Source: Squalus acanthias (Eukaryota). From it: a DNA stretch of 64,000 bases. Position numbers and translations under genes: made by a program. Where the stretch lies: the NCBI GenBank assembly GCA_030390025.1, contig CM059433.1:13518001-13582000 (forward strand), written 5' to 3'. Below the pieces are notes generated by a model, which saw nothing but the letters and a program-made list of their open reading frames with translations, had not been told where the DNA came from and ran no database searches. Numbering within the stretch: position 1 is the first letter of the stretch; every line of letters begins with the position of its first letter. This document shows positions 50,475-62,845 of the stretch, in pieces.

Positions 50475-53400
50475 ATAGAGGTTGAGGCTCAGCTCAGAGC
50501 CAAACAGTGCACTGAGGTTTTGTACCATTGGGCTCAGTTTACAGCACGACCTGGACAACATCCAGGCTAGGGCTGATAAGCGGCAAGTAACATTCAAGCC
50601 AAATAAGTGACAGGGAATGATCATCTCCAACAAGTGCGAGCTCAACCAGCTATCTTCTCCATCATGATTGTTGACCCCACTGAGAAACCTGCCCCACCAC
50701 CCCCAACCCCCAGCAACAAAGGAGCACATTGGGCTGGAAGCGTATGCAACTGTTCACTATTCCATATCTGCCACTTCCACCTGCAAGCGAAACAAACCAT
50801 GCAACTTGGGCTCAATGAAACAATGGGCTGGATTTTTTCAACCTCGGCGGGTCCGAGGCGGGCGACGTCCATGGCGAGTGGGGATCCCGCATCTGTCTCG
50901 ATCCCGGCCGCCAACAAGATATTCCGATGATGGGCCTTGTTAAGCCCGCCCTGCGAGGTTCCCGGCCAATTAATAGGAAGCGGGTCTGATGACGTCATTT
51001 GATGGCGCATCATCAGCCGGTTTCCTTAAAGGGACCATGTCCACAATCATTTTGACATTTGTGCTGTCAGTGTTCTGCAGCATTGAGGTGCTGCAAACAC
51101 TGACAAGCACTGCACAAAGGTGCACGGCTGCATCCAGGCTCTCCCACGACTTCCTCCATATGCTTATGGAGGGAGTCACAGAACGCAGGGAGGTTCTCTT
51201 CCCTTCCAATGGGCGGAAGAGAACTCCCCAGGAGACCAACGCAGCCTGGTTGCACATTGCATGGAGGACTCAAGCAGGGATGTTGTCAGGAGTCCCTGGC
51301 TGCAGTGGCGCAAACCTTTCAATGATCTCAGTAGATCACATGGGAGTATGATATTGTTGCTATCACAGAGACATGGTTGAGGGAGGGGCAGGACTGGCAG
51401 CTCAATATTCCAGGGTATAGAATCTTCAGGCGAGACAGAGGGGGGTGTAAAAGAGGAGGGGGTGTCGCAATATTAATCAAGGAGTCAATTACTGCTGTAA
51501 GGAGGGATGATATCTTAGCAGGTTCCTCTAATGAAGCCATATGGGTAGAACTTAAAAACAAAAAGGGGGCAAGCACTTTGCTGGGAGTGTACTATAGGCC
51601 CCCAAACAGTAAGGGGGAGATAGAGGAACAGATATGTAGGCAAATCTCAGAGAAGTGTAGAAATAATAGGATAATAATAGTAGGGGATTTCAACTTCCCC
51701 AATATTAACTGGGATAGTCAGAGTGTGAAAGGCTTAGAGGGTGCGGAATTCTTAAAGTGCATCCAGGAGAGCTTTTTGAGCCATCATGTTGGAAGTCCTA
51801 CAAGAGAGGGGGATCTAATTCTAGGGAATGTAGCCAGGCAAGTGGTAGAAGTGTCAGCAGGAGAGCATTTTGGTGACAGTGACCATAATTCGGTGGGATT
51901 TAAGGTAGTCATGGAAAAGGACAAAGATGGACCGGAAATAAAGGTTCTAAATTGGGGGAAGGCCGATTTTAATATGATAAGGCAGTACCTGGCCAAAGTG
52001 GACTGGGATCAGCAACTTGTAGGAAAATCCACATCAGAGCAATGGGAGTCTTTCAGAAAGGAAATAGAGAGAGTACAACGCCAACATGTTCCCGTAAAGG
52101 TCAAGGGTGGGACCAACAAGCCCAGGGAAACCTGGATGTCAAGGGATATACAAGAATGGATTTGGAAAAAAAGGGAGGCTTTTGGCAGATACAAAGGACT
52201 AAAAACAGTGGAAGCCTGAGAGGAGTATAGAAAGTGCAGGGGGGTACTTAAAAAATAAATTAGGAGAGCGAAGAGGGGGCATGAAAAAACACTGGCGGGC
52301 AAAATAAAGGAAAATCCCAAGGTGTTTTATAAGTATATTAAGGGCAAGAGGATAACCAGGGAAAGAGTAGGGCCCATTAGGGACCAAAGTGGCAATCTGT
52401 GTGTAGAGCTGGAAGATGTGGCTGAGGTTTTAAATGAATATTTTGCATCTGTGTTCACTATGGAGAAGGACGATGTAGGCATAGAAATCAGGCAGGGCCA
52501 CTGTGATATACTTGAGCAAATTAGTAGTGCGAGGGAGGAGGTACTAAAGGTATTAGTAGGCTTAAAAGTGGATAAATCCCCAGGCCCAGATGAGATGTAT
52601 CCCAGGCTGCTGTGTGAGGCAAGGGAGGAGATTGCAGGGGCTCTGACACAAATTTTCAGATCCTTTCTGGCCACAGGGGAGGTGCCAGAGGACTGGAGAA
52701 CAGCTAACGTAGTACCATTATTCAAGAAGGGTAGTAGGGATAAACCAGAGAATTACAGGCCAGTGAGCCTAACATCAGTGGTAGGGAAATTATTGGAAAA
52801 AATTCTGAGGGACAGAATTAGTCTCCACTTGGAGAGGCAAGGATTAATCAAGGATAGTCAGCATAGCTTTGTCTAACCAATTTGATTGAATTTTTCGAGG
52901 GGGTGACTCGGTGTGTGGATGAGGGTAGTGCAGTTGATGTAGTCTACATGGACTTCAGTAAGGCTTTTGACAAAGTCCCGCATGGGAGACTGGTCAAGAA
53001 GGTAAGAGCCCACGGGATCCAGGGCAATTTGGCACATTGGATCCAAAATTGTCTTAGTGGCAGGAGGCAGAAGGTGATGGTCGAAGTTTGTTTTTGTGAC
53101 TGGAAGCCTGTGTCCAGTGGTGTACTGCAGGGATTGGTGCTGGGTCCTTTGCTGTTTGTAGTGTACATTAATGATTTAGATATGAATGTAGGAGGTATGA
53201 TCAGTAAGTTCGCAGATGACACGAAAATTGGTGGAGTGGTAGATAGCGAGGAGGGAAGCTTCAGGCTACAGGACGATATAGACGGGTTGGTTAGATGGGC
53301 AGAACAGTGGCAAATGGAATTTAACCCTGAAAAGTGTGAGGTGATGCATTTTGGGAGGACTAACAAGGCAAGGGAATACACAATGAATGGTAGGACCCTG

Positions 53401-53696
53401 GGAAGGACAGAAGATCAGAGGGACCTTGGTGTGCATGTACATAGATCCCTGAAGGCAGCAGGACAGGTAGATAAGGTAGTTAAAAAGGCATATGGGATAC
53501 TTGCCTTCATTAGCCGAGGCATAGAATATAAGAGCAGGGAGGTTATGATGGAGCTGTACAAAATGCTAGTTAGGGCACAGCTGGAATACTGTGTGCAGTT
53601 CTGGTCGCCACACTATAGGAAGGATGTAATTGCATTGGAGAGGGTGCAGAGGAGATTCACCAGGATGTTACCTGGGCTGGAGCGTTTCAGCTATGA

Positions 53697-53939
53697 TAAA
53701 TTGACCCTTAGTGTTAGGGGGGGATTAAATATGTGGGGTTATGGGGATAGGATGGGATATGTTAGGGGGAATTAAATACGTGGGGTTATGGGGGTCGGGT
53801 GGGATATGTGTACTGTGGGGATTAAAGCAGGGACAGGGTACTGGATTTGAATGATCAGCCATGATCGTATTGAATGGTGGTGCAGGCTCGACGGGCTGAA
53901 TGGCCTACTCCTGCTCCTAGATTCTATGTTTCTATGTTT
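53697..53939 (+). mobile_element. 5'-truncated CR1-tailed SINE (HE1/V-SINE-like) inserted in the CR1, copy 1
   Basis: Interrupts ORF2 at FSY|EERLDRLG; ends in the CR1 stem-loop plus (TTCTATGT)n. Confidence 0.75.
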
Positions 53940-54048
53940 CTATAAGAGAGACTGGACAGGCTGGGGTTGTTTTCCTTAGAGCAGAGAAGGCTGAGGGGGG
54001 ACCTGATTGAGGTGTACAAAATTATGAGGGGCATAGATAGGGTAGATG

Positions 54049-54258
54049 TGGGGTTATGGGGATAGGATGGGATATGTTAGGGGGAATTAAATACGTGGGG
54101 TTACGGGGGTAGGGTGGGATATGTGTACTGTGGGGATTAAAGCAGGGACAGGGTACTGGATTTGGATGATCAGCCATGATCGTATTGAATGGTGGAGCAG
54201 GCTCGATGGGCCGAATGGCCTACTCCTGCTCCTAGATTCTATGTTTCTATGTTTCTAT
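54049..54258 (+). mobile_element. Same SINE family, copy 2, inserted about 110 bp downstream in the same CR1
   Basis: Nearly identical to 53733-53943; CR1 resumes after it (ggaacttttcccc). Confidence 0.75.
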
Positions 54259-56345
54259 GAAAGGAACTTTTCCCCTTAGTAGAGGGGTCAATAACCAGGG
54301 GGCATAGTTTCAAGATAAGGGGCAGGAGGTTTAGAGGGGATTTGAGGCAAAACTTTTTCACCCAGAGGGTGGTTGGAATCTGGAACTCACTGCCTGAAAG
54401 GGTGGTAGAGGCAGGAACCCTCACAACATTCAAGAAGCATTTAGATGAGCACTTGAAACGCCATAGCATACAAGGCTACGGACCAAGTGCTGGAAAATGG
54501 GATTAGAATTGACAGGGCTTGATGGCCGGCGCGGACACGATGGGCCGAAGGGCCTCTTTCTGTGCTGTATAACTCTATGACTGTATGACTCTATCACAAA
54601 ACGTTACTGCAAAGTCACACTCAGCCTCATCCTCCTGTGACACTCATCACATCCCCATCACTCTGCCTTCCCTACCCGACTCCTGCACATCCTTACTCAC
54701 ACCAACTTAGCTTGCACCTCCACCCATCCCTCTCTATCTACATTATCACTTCCCCATCTCACTAGCCACCCCACACACTCACCCTCATCCTTGTCCAATC
54801 ATACCAACTAACAACACACAAGGTAGGCACTTGGGTGTTATCGCCAATGTTCATGTAAAGTTTCTGTTAATGTGGTGTCAAACATTGAAATTTTTATTTT
54901 CAACACTTTGCCTTCTTGGACAGATTTGTGTGCACCTTCGGAAGTGTCTTAGTGAGTTGCAGTGAATGGTGAGACATAACGGTACCCCCCACAATGGTGA
55001 TGAGTGTGAAAGGAATGGCTTGGACATTGTAGGGATGCTTTATGGTGTTGGTGTGGGGTGGTGCCAAACTGGTGCATCATGTACAGCGTCAAGTGAAGTA
55101 AATCTGGCCATGGTGAGGCCATCCCAGGCCTCCCGGGCAGCAATGTTGTCGGGTGCTGATGCCCTCTGTCCTGTGCAGCATCAGTTGATTGTGGAGAAGG
55201 TTGGTGCTGTTGTTAGTGCTGCTGGTGTGCCTGGTGCTGCTGGTATTGGGGCTGATCGTGGTGGGATTCTGAGGACCAAGGTGAGATTTTTTCAAGGGCA
55301 CCGATGCTGATGGAATAGATGGCAGATGAAGTTGAGATGACAGAAGCGATCCGTCAGTGGTGAGAGAAGTTGCTCCAAGGAGGTGACACTGGATAGAAAG
55401 TTTACTACAAACACTTCAAACCTCCATAAAGCTGAAAAGTGTATTCCAAATTCGGAAGGCTCCAGCTTCTAAGATTGGAAATTGAACAGATTTGAAATGG
55501 CAGCTTTTATACCACTTTTGCAGCTGTCAACTATTCACAGCAATGCAGAGTGATTGAGAACCCGACACACTTACCAGACATGATCCCCGAGCGCTGGAAA
55601 CCTCGTAAAAAACATGGAAAAATCGTTAGGACCTGATAAAATGCTGATAAATACCTTTCAGCAGCTTCTTAAGTATCTCAATTGCCTGATCCGCCTCTTA
55701 GTGCCGGGTCTGCAAACCGCAGGCAGAGCCAGCACTTGGGAAATTAACAAGGAGGCGGGTTCAGAGCGGACTTCCACCCCGCTGTCAATCACTGCCATTT
55801 TGACAGCGGACCCGCCTCCGAACCCGCCCTCTGAGCGCCAGCAAAATTCAGCCCAATGTGTGCAAAAAGGCAATGAGTGTGCACAATGCTTAAAGTGGTA
55901 TCTCCCGGGGGTTGGTGAGTTTCCAACTTAGGTTAATGTCATGCTTGATGAGCCTCCCAAGAAATGTGTACTAAAGTGAGTAGCACGCTCATCTTCACCT
56001 TATTCCTGTCATTCTCATTTGCAGCCAGGTAGTAAGGAGTTGTGTAACTGCCTTGACTTGGGCGCAGATCACCTTCCCTTCAGAAGGTCTTTAGTATCAA
56101 TCTTCAGTGATGACCACATGTCGCCACAGTTCCATTGTGAACAATTAGGCAATTCTTTGTCCCCACCACAACAGCTCCTTTCATGGTGAGCTGCAGCCTT
56201 TGAAGAGCTGCTCAGCATGCAATTTTGCAATCCTTAACCAAGCCAACTGCAAGCCAAGCTCTCTTAATAGAGGAAAAAGCTAATGGTGGAAAATTGGGCA
56301 CAGCCACCCTCCACCACCTCCCCACCCCCCCCCCACACACACACA

Positions 56346-58076
56346 GGGCTGGATTTTTCCAACCTCGGCAGGTGTGTGGTGGGCGACGTCCATGACGAGT
56401 GGGGACCCTGCATCTGTCTCGATCCCGGCCTCCAACTTGATTTTCCGTTGATGGGGCTTGTTAAGCCCGCCCTGCGAGGTTCCCAGCCAATTAATAGGAA
56501 GTGGGTCTGATTGCATCGTTTGATGACGCGTCATCAGCTGGTTTCCTTAAAGGGGCCATGTCCACAATCATTTGGACATTTGTGCTGTCAGTGTTCTGCA
56601 GCATTGAGGTGCTGCAAACACTGACCAGCACTGCACAAAGGTGCACGGCTGCACTCAGCCTCTCCCATTACTCCCTCCATATGCTTATGGAAGGAGTCAC
56701 AGCACGCAGGGAGGTTCTCTTCTCTTCCCATGGGCAGAAGACACCTCCCCAGGACACCAACGCAGCCTGGTTGCACATTGCACAGGAGGGCACAAGCAGG
56801 GATGTCGTCAGGAGTACCAGGCTGCAGTGGCGCAAACCTTTCAATGATCTCAGTAGATCATGAAACATTAGTACAAAGCCACACTAAACCTTATCCTGCT
56901 CATCACATCCCCATCACTCTGCCTTCCCTACCCTACTCCTGCACATCCTTACTCACACCAACTTACCTTGCACCTCCACCCATCCCTCTCTATCTACGTT
57001 ATCACTTCCCCATCTCACTAGCCACCCCTCACACTCACCCTCATCCTTGTCCAACCATTCAAACTAACAACACACAAGGATAGGCACTTGTGTGCTTTAG
57101 CCAATGTTCATGTAAATTTCTGTTAATGTGTTGTCAAGCATTGAAATATTTATTTTCAACACTTTGCGTTCTTGGACAGATTTGTGTGCACCTTTGGAAG
57201 TGGCTTAGTGAATTCCAGTGAATGGTGAGACATAACGGTATCCCCCACAATGGTGATGAGTGTGAAAGGAATGGCTTGGACATTGTAGGGATGCTTTCTT
57301 GTGCTGGTGTGGGGTGGTGCCAACCTGGTGCATCATGTGGCAGCCAGGGTGTACAGTGTTAAGTGAAGTAAATCTGGACATGGTGAGGCCATCGCTGGCG
57401 TCCCGGGCAGCAATGTGCATGGGTGATGATGCCCTGTGTCCAGTGCAGCTTCAGTTGATTACGGAGAAGGTTGGTGTGGATGTTAGTACTGCTGGTGTGA
57501 CTGGTGCTGCTGGTGTTGGGGCTGATTGTGTTGGGATTCTGAGGACCAAGGTGAGATAGTTTCAAGGGCACCAATGCTGATGGAATAGATGGCAGGTGAA
57601 GTTGAGATGACAGAAGCGATCTGTCAATGGTGAGAGGTTGTTTCAATGAGGTGAAACTGGATAGAGTTTGCTCCAAACACTTGCTAGCTGCATAAAGCTC
57701 AATCTGTCCTCTAAATGCAGTAAGCAACAGCTTCTAACCTTGGAAAGTGAGGAGCTTTCATCGAACATTTGCAGCTGTCAGGTTAGTAAATCATACCGTG
57801 CTGACACAACACCCGACCTCCTTACCTGACGTGATCCCCGCTCTCTGGGAACCTCATTAAAATCCTGGTAAAATGGTAAGTACATGGGAAAATGGTTCTT
57901 AACTACCTTTTAACAGGCTTTTAAGTATCTAAATTGGCTGACCCGCTGCTTGGTGTCGGGTCTGTTCAGGGATGACAGACTCGACACTTGGGAAACTGAC
58001 AAGGAGGCGGGTTTTGTGATTATGACAGCGGACCTGCCTCCAAACCCGCACTCTGAGCGCTGGTAAATTTCCGGCC
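56346..58076. mobile_element. Harbinger internal-deletion derivative, copy B (about 1.73 kb)
   Basis: GGGCTGGATTTT...AAATTTCCGGCC termini, flanks ACA/ATA; collinear with copy A. Confidence 0.85.
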
Positions 58077-58429
58077 ATAAGATTTGTTCCAGTAAAAGTG
58101 CATTTCTGCCAAGATGAAAAAAAATTGGTCCCAAGGAATTCTGTGCTATTCTACGGGAATATTGCTTTGAATTGTTGATAAGTACCCAATAACCATCAAC
58201 TTTAGTGAATAACCAAATCCTTCCTATAAGCTGCAGGGCATATTAACACTAAAAAGCACAAGCAAAAGGGACAGTTATCATTGCCCACACTAAATTTCAA
58301 ATGAACATGCTGGAGCTCAGCTGAAGAATATGGCAGTGATCTGCTGATGGTACTGGCTGGCTGGCAGGAACACCTCAAGCACATGCTTAAGCCTCTCTTT
58401 GTCGTGTTCTCTCCATGAAGACTGGTGCT

Positions 58430-60110
58430 CGTCGATGTTGTGATACTGATGCCTTCTCTTGATTGTTATATTACATGACGTACTGCACACCATCACTATC
58501 TTGGACACCCTCTCTGAGATTTACTGCGAGCTCATCTGAGTGATCCAGGCAATGGAATTGTAGCTTCAAAATTTCAAAACACTGTCCAAGCAGGACCCTC
58601 ATTTTGGCATGGGCTTCATTTTAGCATTCAGCAGCCCCATTGGTTGTCGGGCAACTGGTGCCATTGGCCAAGGGCAAAGCAAATAGCTAGATTTCCCCAG
58701 GGGCCATGTATCTAGCCTGTTATCTCTTTAGAACAGATCTTGAATGTTAGAATTCTCCAGGATATGGAGAGTCATAGGGCTGGATTTTCAATGACCCGTG
58801 GAGTCGGGTTTGGAGGCGTGTGGGGGGTTAAAGTTGCAGATTCGGGGGTCCCGACCCCATCCCGCCTCCAACCCGCCTCCACGCCAGTTTTGCTGGCGGC
58901 AGGTACCCGACCTGTGCTGGGACCCGACTCCCCGAGGAGGGAAGGGATTAGTGACAATTAACTGCCTGTTAACAGGTAGTTAACAGGCAGTTTTTTGGCT
59001 AATCCCTATTTTGACGGCTGAAATGTGGGCTTCCCGACAGGTGGCAACCACGCCAAGTTATCGGGGCGGACCGTGGGTCTGCAGGGGTTGGAGGGGTCGA
59101 TATGTCCGGTGGGCAGGTGAGTGATGGGTGCATGTGTGCAGAGGTAAGTGTGTTAGGTAAGTGCTAAGTGTGGGAAAAAGTTTTACTTACCTTAACTTCC
59201 TCCTGCAGGTGTCAGCCCTTCAGTTCTCGGGAGTCAGAAATCTCACCGGCACAGAAAGCAGAAAAGCCGTGGTGCTGTCAAAAACTGCAGCCTTCTGTTT
59301 TCTGTGCTGGAATGATTTCTAACTCAGCCTGAGAGGAAGAACTCAAGTTAGAAATCATATTGTCAGTGTTTGACAGCTTCACAGAGCTGTCAAACGCTGA
59401 TATTTCATCTGTCAAAAGCTCTTGACAGATGAAATGTCAATCTGTGACGTCACCTGTTGCCGGGTGGCCCTTAATTGGCCTGCTGAGCCCACTGGGCGGA
59501 CTCAACAAGGTCAATCAAAGGTAAATACAGTGGGTTGGCCACATCTCGATGGAGGCGGGTTCACAAGCCAAAAAGTGGGATTCACGACCCCAACCCGACC
59601 CCAGTATCAAAATCCAGCCCATAGAATTTCCCAGGATACTTGGTAGCAACATGAAGGATGCTCAGATTAACAACACACAGTATCTGCATATTGACGAAAT
59701 AATATCATTATCTATTTTTCTATGTTGTATGGCTTGGTCTGGCAACGCCTGAATGGGCGTTTATGTGCACTCAATGATGTCCTGCATTCTTGGACAAATG
59801 TTAATATCAAAATAGCCTTGGACCTGCTTGTAGTTCAGTGCCAATGTGCACTTAGCAGGGTGCATGCCTTAGCAGAGCCGCAATCACATTTTGGATGCCT
59901 TGTTGACCAAGGAATGGGTCACTCAAGTGACAGCTTGAAAGAAGTTTGAAGCATAAAGATTCAAGTCTATGGTCACTTTAATAGTCACAGGCAGAGTTGT
60001 GTTCACAGTGGAAGTAACCATCTCACTGAATACCCTCAGGTGTTACAAACCCTGCCTAACAGTCATATTTAGAAAGGTACTGCTGGGGCATATAGGCATG
60101 TGATGGTTTT
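58430..60110 (-). pseudogene. Ancient Harbinger transposase remnant, split by a MITE
   Basis: Minus-strand fragments FLNMT, LPVTIKVTIDLNLYASNFFQ, PRMQDIIECT, ILHVATKYPG|DS, RVLLGQCFEILKLQFHCLDHS and ERVSKIVMVC..NITIKR. Confidence 0.72.
58777..59620. mobile_element. Harbinger MITE with H1-type ends (844 bp)
   Basis: GGGCTGGATTTT...AAAATCCAGCCC termini, TSD ATA. Confidence 0.88.
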
Positions 60111-60377
60111 ATGTTGCCGATGCTTCCTTTCAGCACTCTGCCTTTTGTAATCTAGTGCCAAAGTTTCCTCAATCCACTTCCACAGATTTGGCCACTGACA
60201 TAGGAGGAGAAGGGCCTGAGGGTAGGGACTCTGAAAGTTGAAGTTCTGTGTCCTCGGCCTTCACTGGGACCTGGCACATAGTCTGCAGAGGTATGCCTAA
60301 ATATATGAGGACCAACACGGGGTCCAGGCTTGGATCCTGAATATCCTTCTCTCCTGTCCGGACTCCCATCTTCCATC

Positions 60378-61330
60378 TGTAAGGGGTTTTCTCCGATACC
60401 GGTCCCCCGTTACACACAGTTCTTGGACGTCAGGATTTATAGGAACAAAATACACACGGCACAGGGTTTTGGCTCAACCTTTGATTCGTTCGTTTATTGA
60501 ACACACACACACACAATTACCTCCCCAGTATAAATCCGTACGATTTGTATCAGGCTAACAACCTTAAAATACAAACCCCTACGCAAGGGTCATTTGCATC
60601 GACACAATATGACACAGTTAAACCCGTCCGCGATTTGACTGTTACATATAAAGTTACCCAGACTCAATCACAAAACCCTTATTGTGATCTGACTGAAACT
60701 CACAAACTTACTCAGACTCAATCATAAAAGCCCCCTCTATGATTTGGCTGAAACATACAATCACCACTCCCAATCGGCTGTCTCTTGGAGTTGATTGTAG
60801 GCCCGAATCTTTCTGTTCGCTGTTCTGCCGTCGGCTTCCCACACCACGGTCTTCGAAGTGATCTTACTTTAAACCAAAACCAACTTGCAGTATTTCCTGG
60901 CCCCCTCCTGAGCATACGATTCATTTCAAAATGTGTGAATTGTCTCTAGCAGGGAACTCTTGATGGCTAATGTCCCTCGTATTGTTCATTGATTAGAGAT
61001 TCCTTTCCGACAATGCAACCCTCCCAAAGTGACTGCAAGAGGTTGTTGGTTTCTGTTAGCATTCGTATTCAAAAGGTTCGAGGCCTGGCCCATTGTCTAG
61101 GCCTGCTCTGAAACTTGTTATTCGGGGGCCAAGGTCTAAGGTGGACAATGTAACCCTTAAGGTACATGAATATGCGGATGTTCTTGTTCAGATTTTATAT
61201 TCGTAGTTTCAGCTGCAATGTTTGAATTAACCCTTTATTGCCGAGCCCTTTTTGCGGGCTTTGCAGTTCTGGGTTTTTATATTTCACAGTCCAATATTTT
61301 TACCGTTGGGGGGAAGGAATCGATCCTACA
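60378..61330 (-). mobile_element. Solo LTR (953 bp), Gypsy-like, inserted in an L2 fragment
   Basis: TGTA...TACA termini, 4-bp TSD CATC, minus-strand AATAAA (tttatt at about 60493); L2-like flanks. Confidence 0.82.
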
Positions 61331-61431
61331 CATCCTCCAAATACCTGAGCTCATCCGAAACTCTGTGGCCCGTATCCTAACTCATACCCATCACCCCTGC
61401 GCTTGCTGGCCTACATTGGTTCCCATTTACG

Positions 61432-61920
61432 TACGGAATCCCCATAAGCATGAATAGGAATCCCCTAAAAAACACAATTACACACCAGTTAAATAAAAGC
61501 AAATCATTACATGTTCAAAATTAATTAAAATCCAATTAAATTAAAAATTTTAAACAAAAATTTAATTTTTTGAAAAATAAATTTCAACGTTTTAAAGGGG
61601 CTAAAAATAACCTGTAACTAATTTTAAAGTTTCTTCATGTTTAAATAATTTAAAAAGTTATTTTAATATTTATTTAAACTCTTAGAAGGCCCTACGCCTG
61701 CTTTTACCAGGTGCAAGAGTTTCACGGGCATTCGCTGGGCAGTCGTTGGGCAACTCGCCCAACGCTCCGCCAGCGATTGTCCATTTCCCGGGGATGCGGT
61801 GGATCTGTTGAGCTGAAACTTGACGGATCGCAAGTTCTGGGTTTTTGCGCCTGCGCAGCGCACACGGAGACCCAGAACTTACGGGGCACTTATGGTCATA
61901 GGCCCCGGAAAATGCGGGCC
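61432..61920. mobile_element. Truncated Harbinger-like MITE (one end)
   Basis: Ends in GAAAATGCGGGCC; AT-rich centre next to a GC-rich arm. Confidence 0.45.
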
Positions 61921-62845
61921 AACATGAGGATTGCCTGTATTACTATATACAATGCTGTGACTTCATGACCATGAGAAACAATGCAATAATGAATGTTGGT
62001 CTTTCAGCACATGTATGTGTGTGCTGGAGTTTTCAGACTGCATGTACTTATCATCATTCCAGTAAATGCTGCTCATTCAGTGATTACTGACTAATGACTT
62101 TGAAAATTAACTTTTAAAGATTAGGGATAATTGCTTCAGAGCTGCCTTTATATGCAACTAGAACATTAGAAATTGTAACTGATTATTAATTTAAAATAAA
62201 CATAATTAATCAGACATTTGTCAAGTTATGTCATAGCATGCGCATACTTTTTTTCAGATACTTACTTGTCTGCATGTCACAAATTGTACAATTGTTCAAG
62301 CATTCCGCTTCTTATGCTTTGGACACAACAGGTTGCGAGGTTGTGCAATTTATCGTAACAGTTTCTTACCATCAGCAAAAGAAAGTTCATCTCTGAAGTG
62401 CTGCTCTTTCTAGTGTACCCAGTGGGAGTTTAAAAATGACTCCAGCGCGAACACAAACAGTTAGGGCATAAACGGTGACACAAAGGGATATGGCTAGAGA
62501 GTGGAACAATCTACACAATCTAAACCTTCCTCCCACCCTAAGGGTAACACAATAAGGTCAATCCCTTGGCTCAGTGCAATGGTAGAGCAGGCATGCAATG
62601 GTCACAGAGGGATTAGGATTTGGGAGAGGAGACCTAATACCAATATCTTTTCTGGGCTACAATTGCCTTCTTCTCTATTATTAGTCAGCTTACACCTATT
62701 TCCTGCATGAACCTCATTAAGGTCCCAGATTTAATGCGAACATATTTAAATGACTATGCCTAACTGGTACATACTATATTTGTTCGTCTTCCCTTGCCAG
62801 ATTTCTCAAAGTATTGCTATCTTTTCCCATATCTGTTTCAAGTTA

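Larger units (their letters stand above)
51341..54592 (+). mobile_element. 5'-truncated CR1 LINE with degenerate ORF2 (EN + RT)
   Basis: ORFs 51377-52219, 52322-52876 and 52882-53775 (GVYYRPP, GDFNFP, SDHNSV, SKFADDTK); (ctatgact)n tail; TSD ATCACA. Confidence 0.92.
50825..55854. mobile_element. Harbinger internal-deletion derivative, copy A (interrupted by CR1)
   Basis: GGGCTGGATTTT...AAAATTCAGCCC termini, TSD AAT; Myb/SANT-like 5' coding remnant on + (RLSHDFLHMLMEGVTERREVLFP..AAWLHIA..WLQWRKPFNDL); transposase 5' remnant on -. Confidence 0.85.

Noticed and set aside
51100..51335. Host Myb/SANT gene such as NAIF1 or MSANTD
   Set aside because: Lies inside a TIR/TSD-bounded element, is duplicated near 56620 and is disrupted
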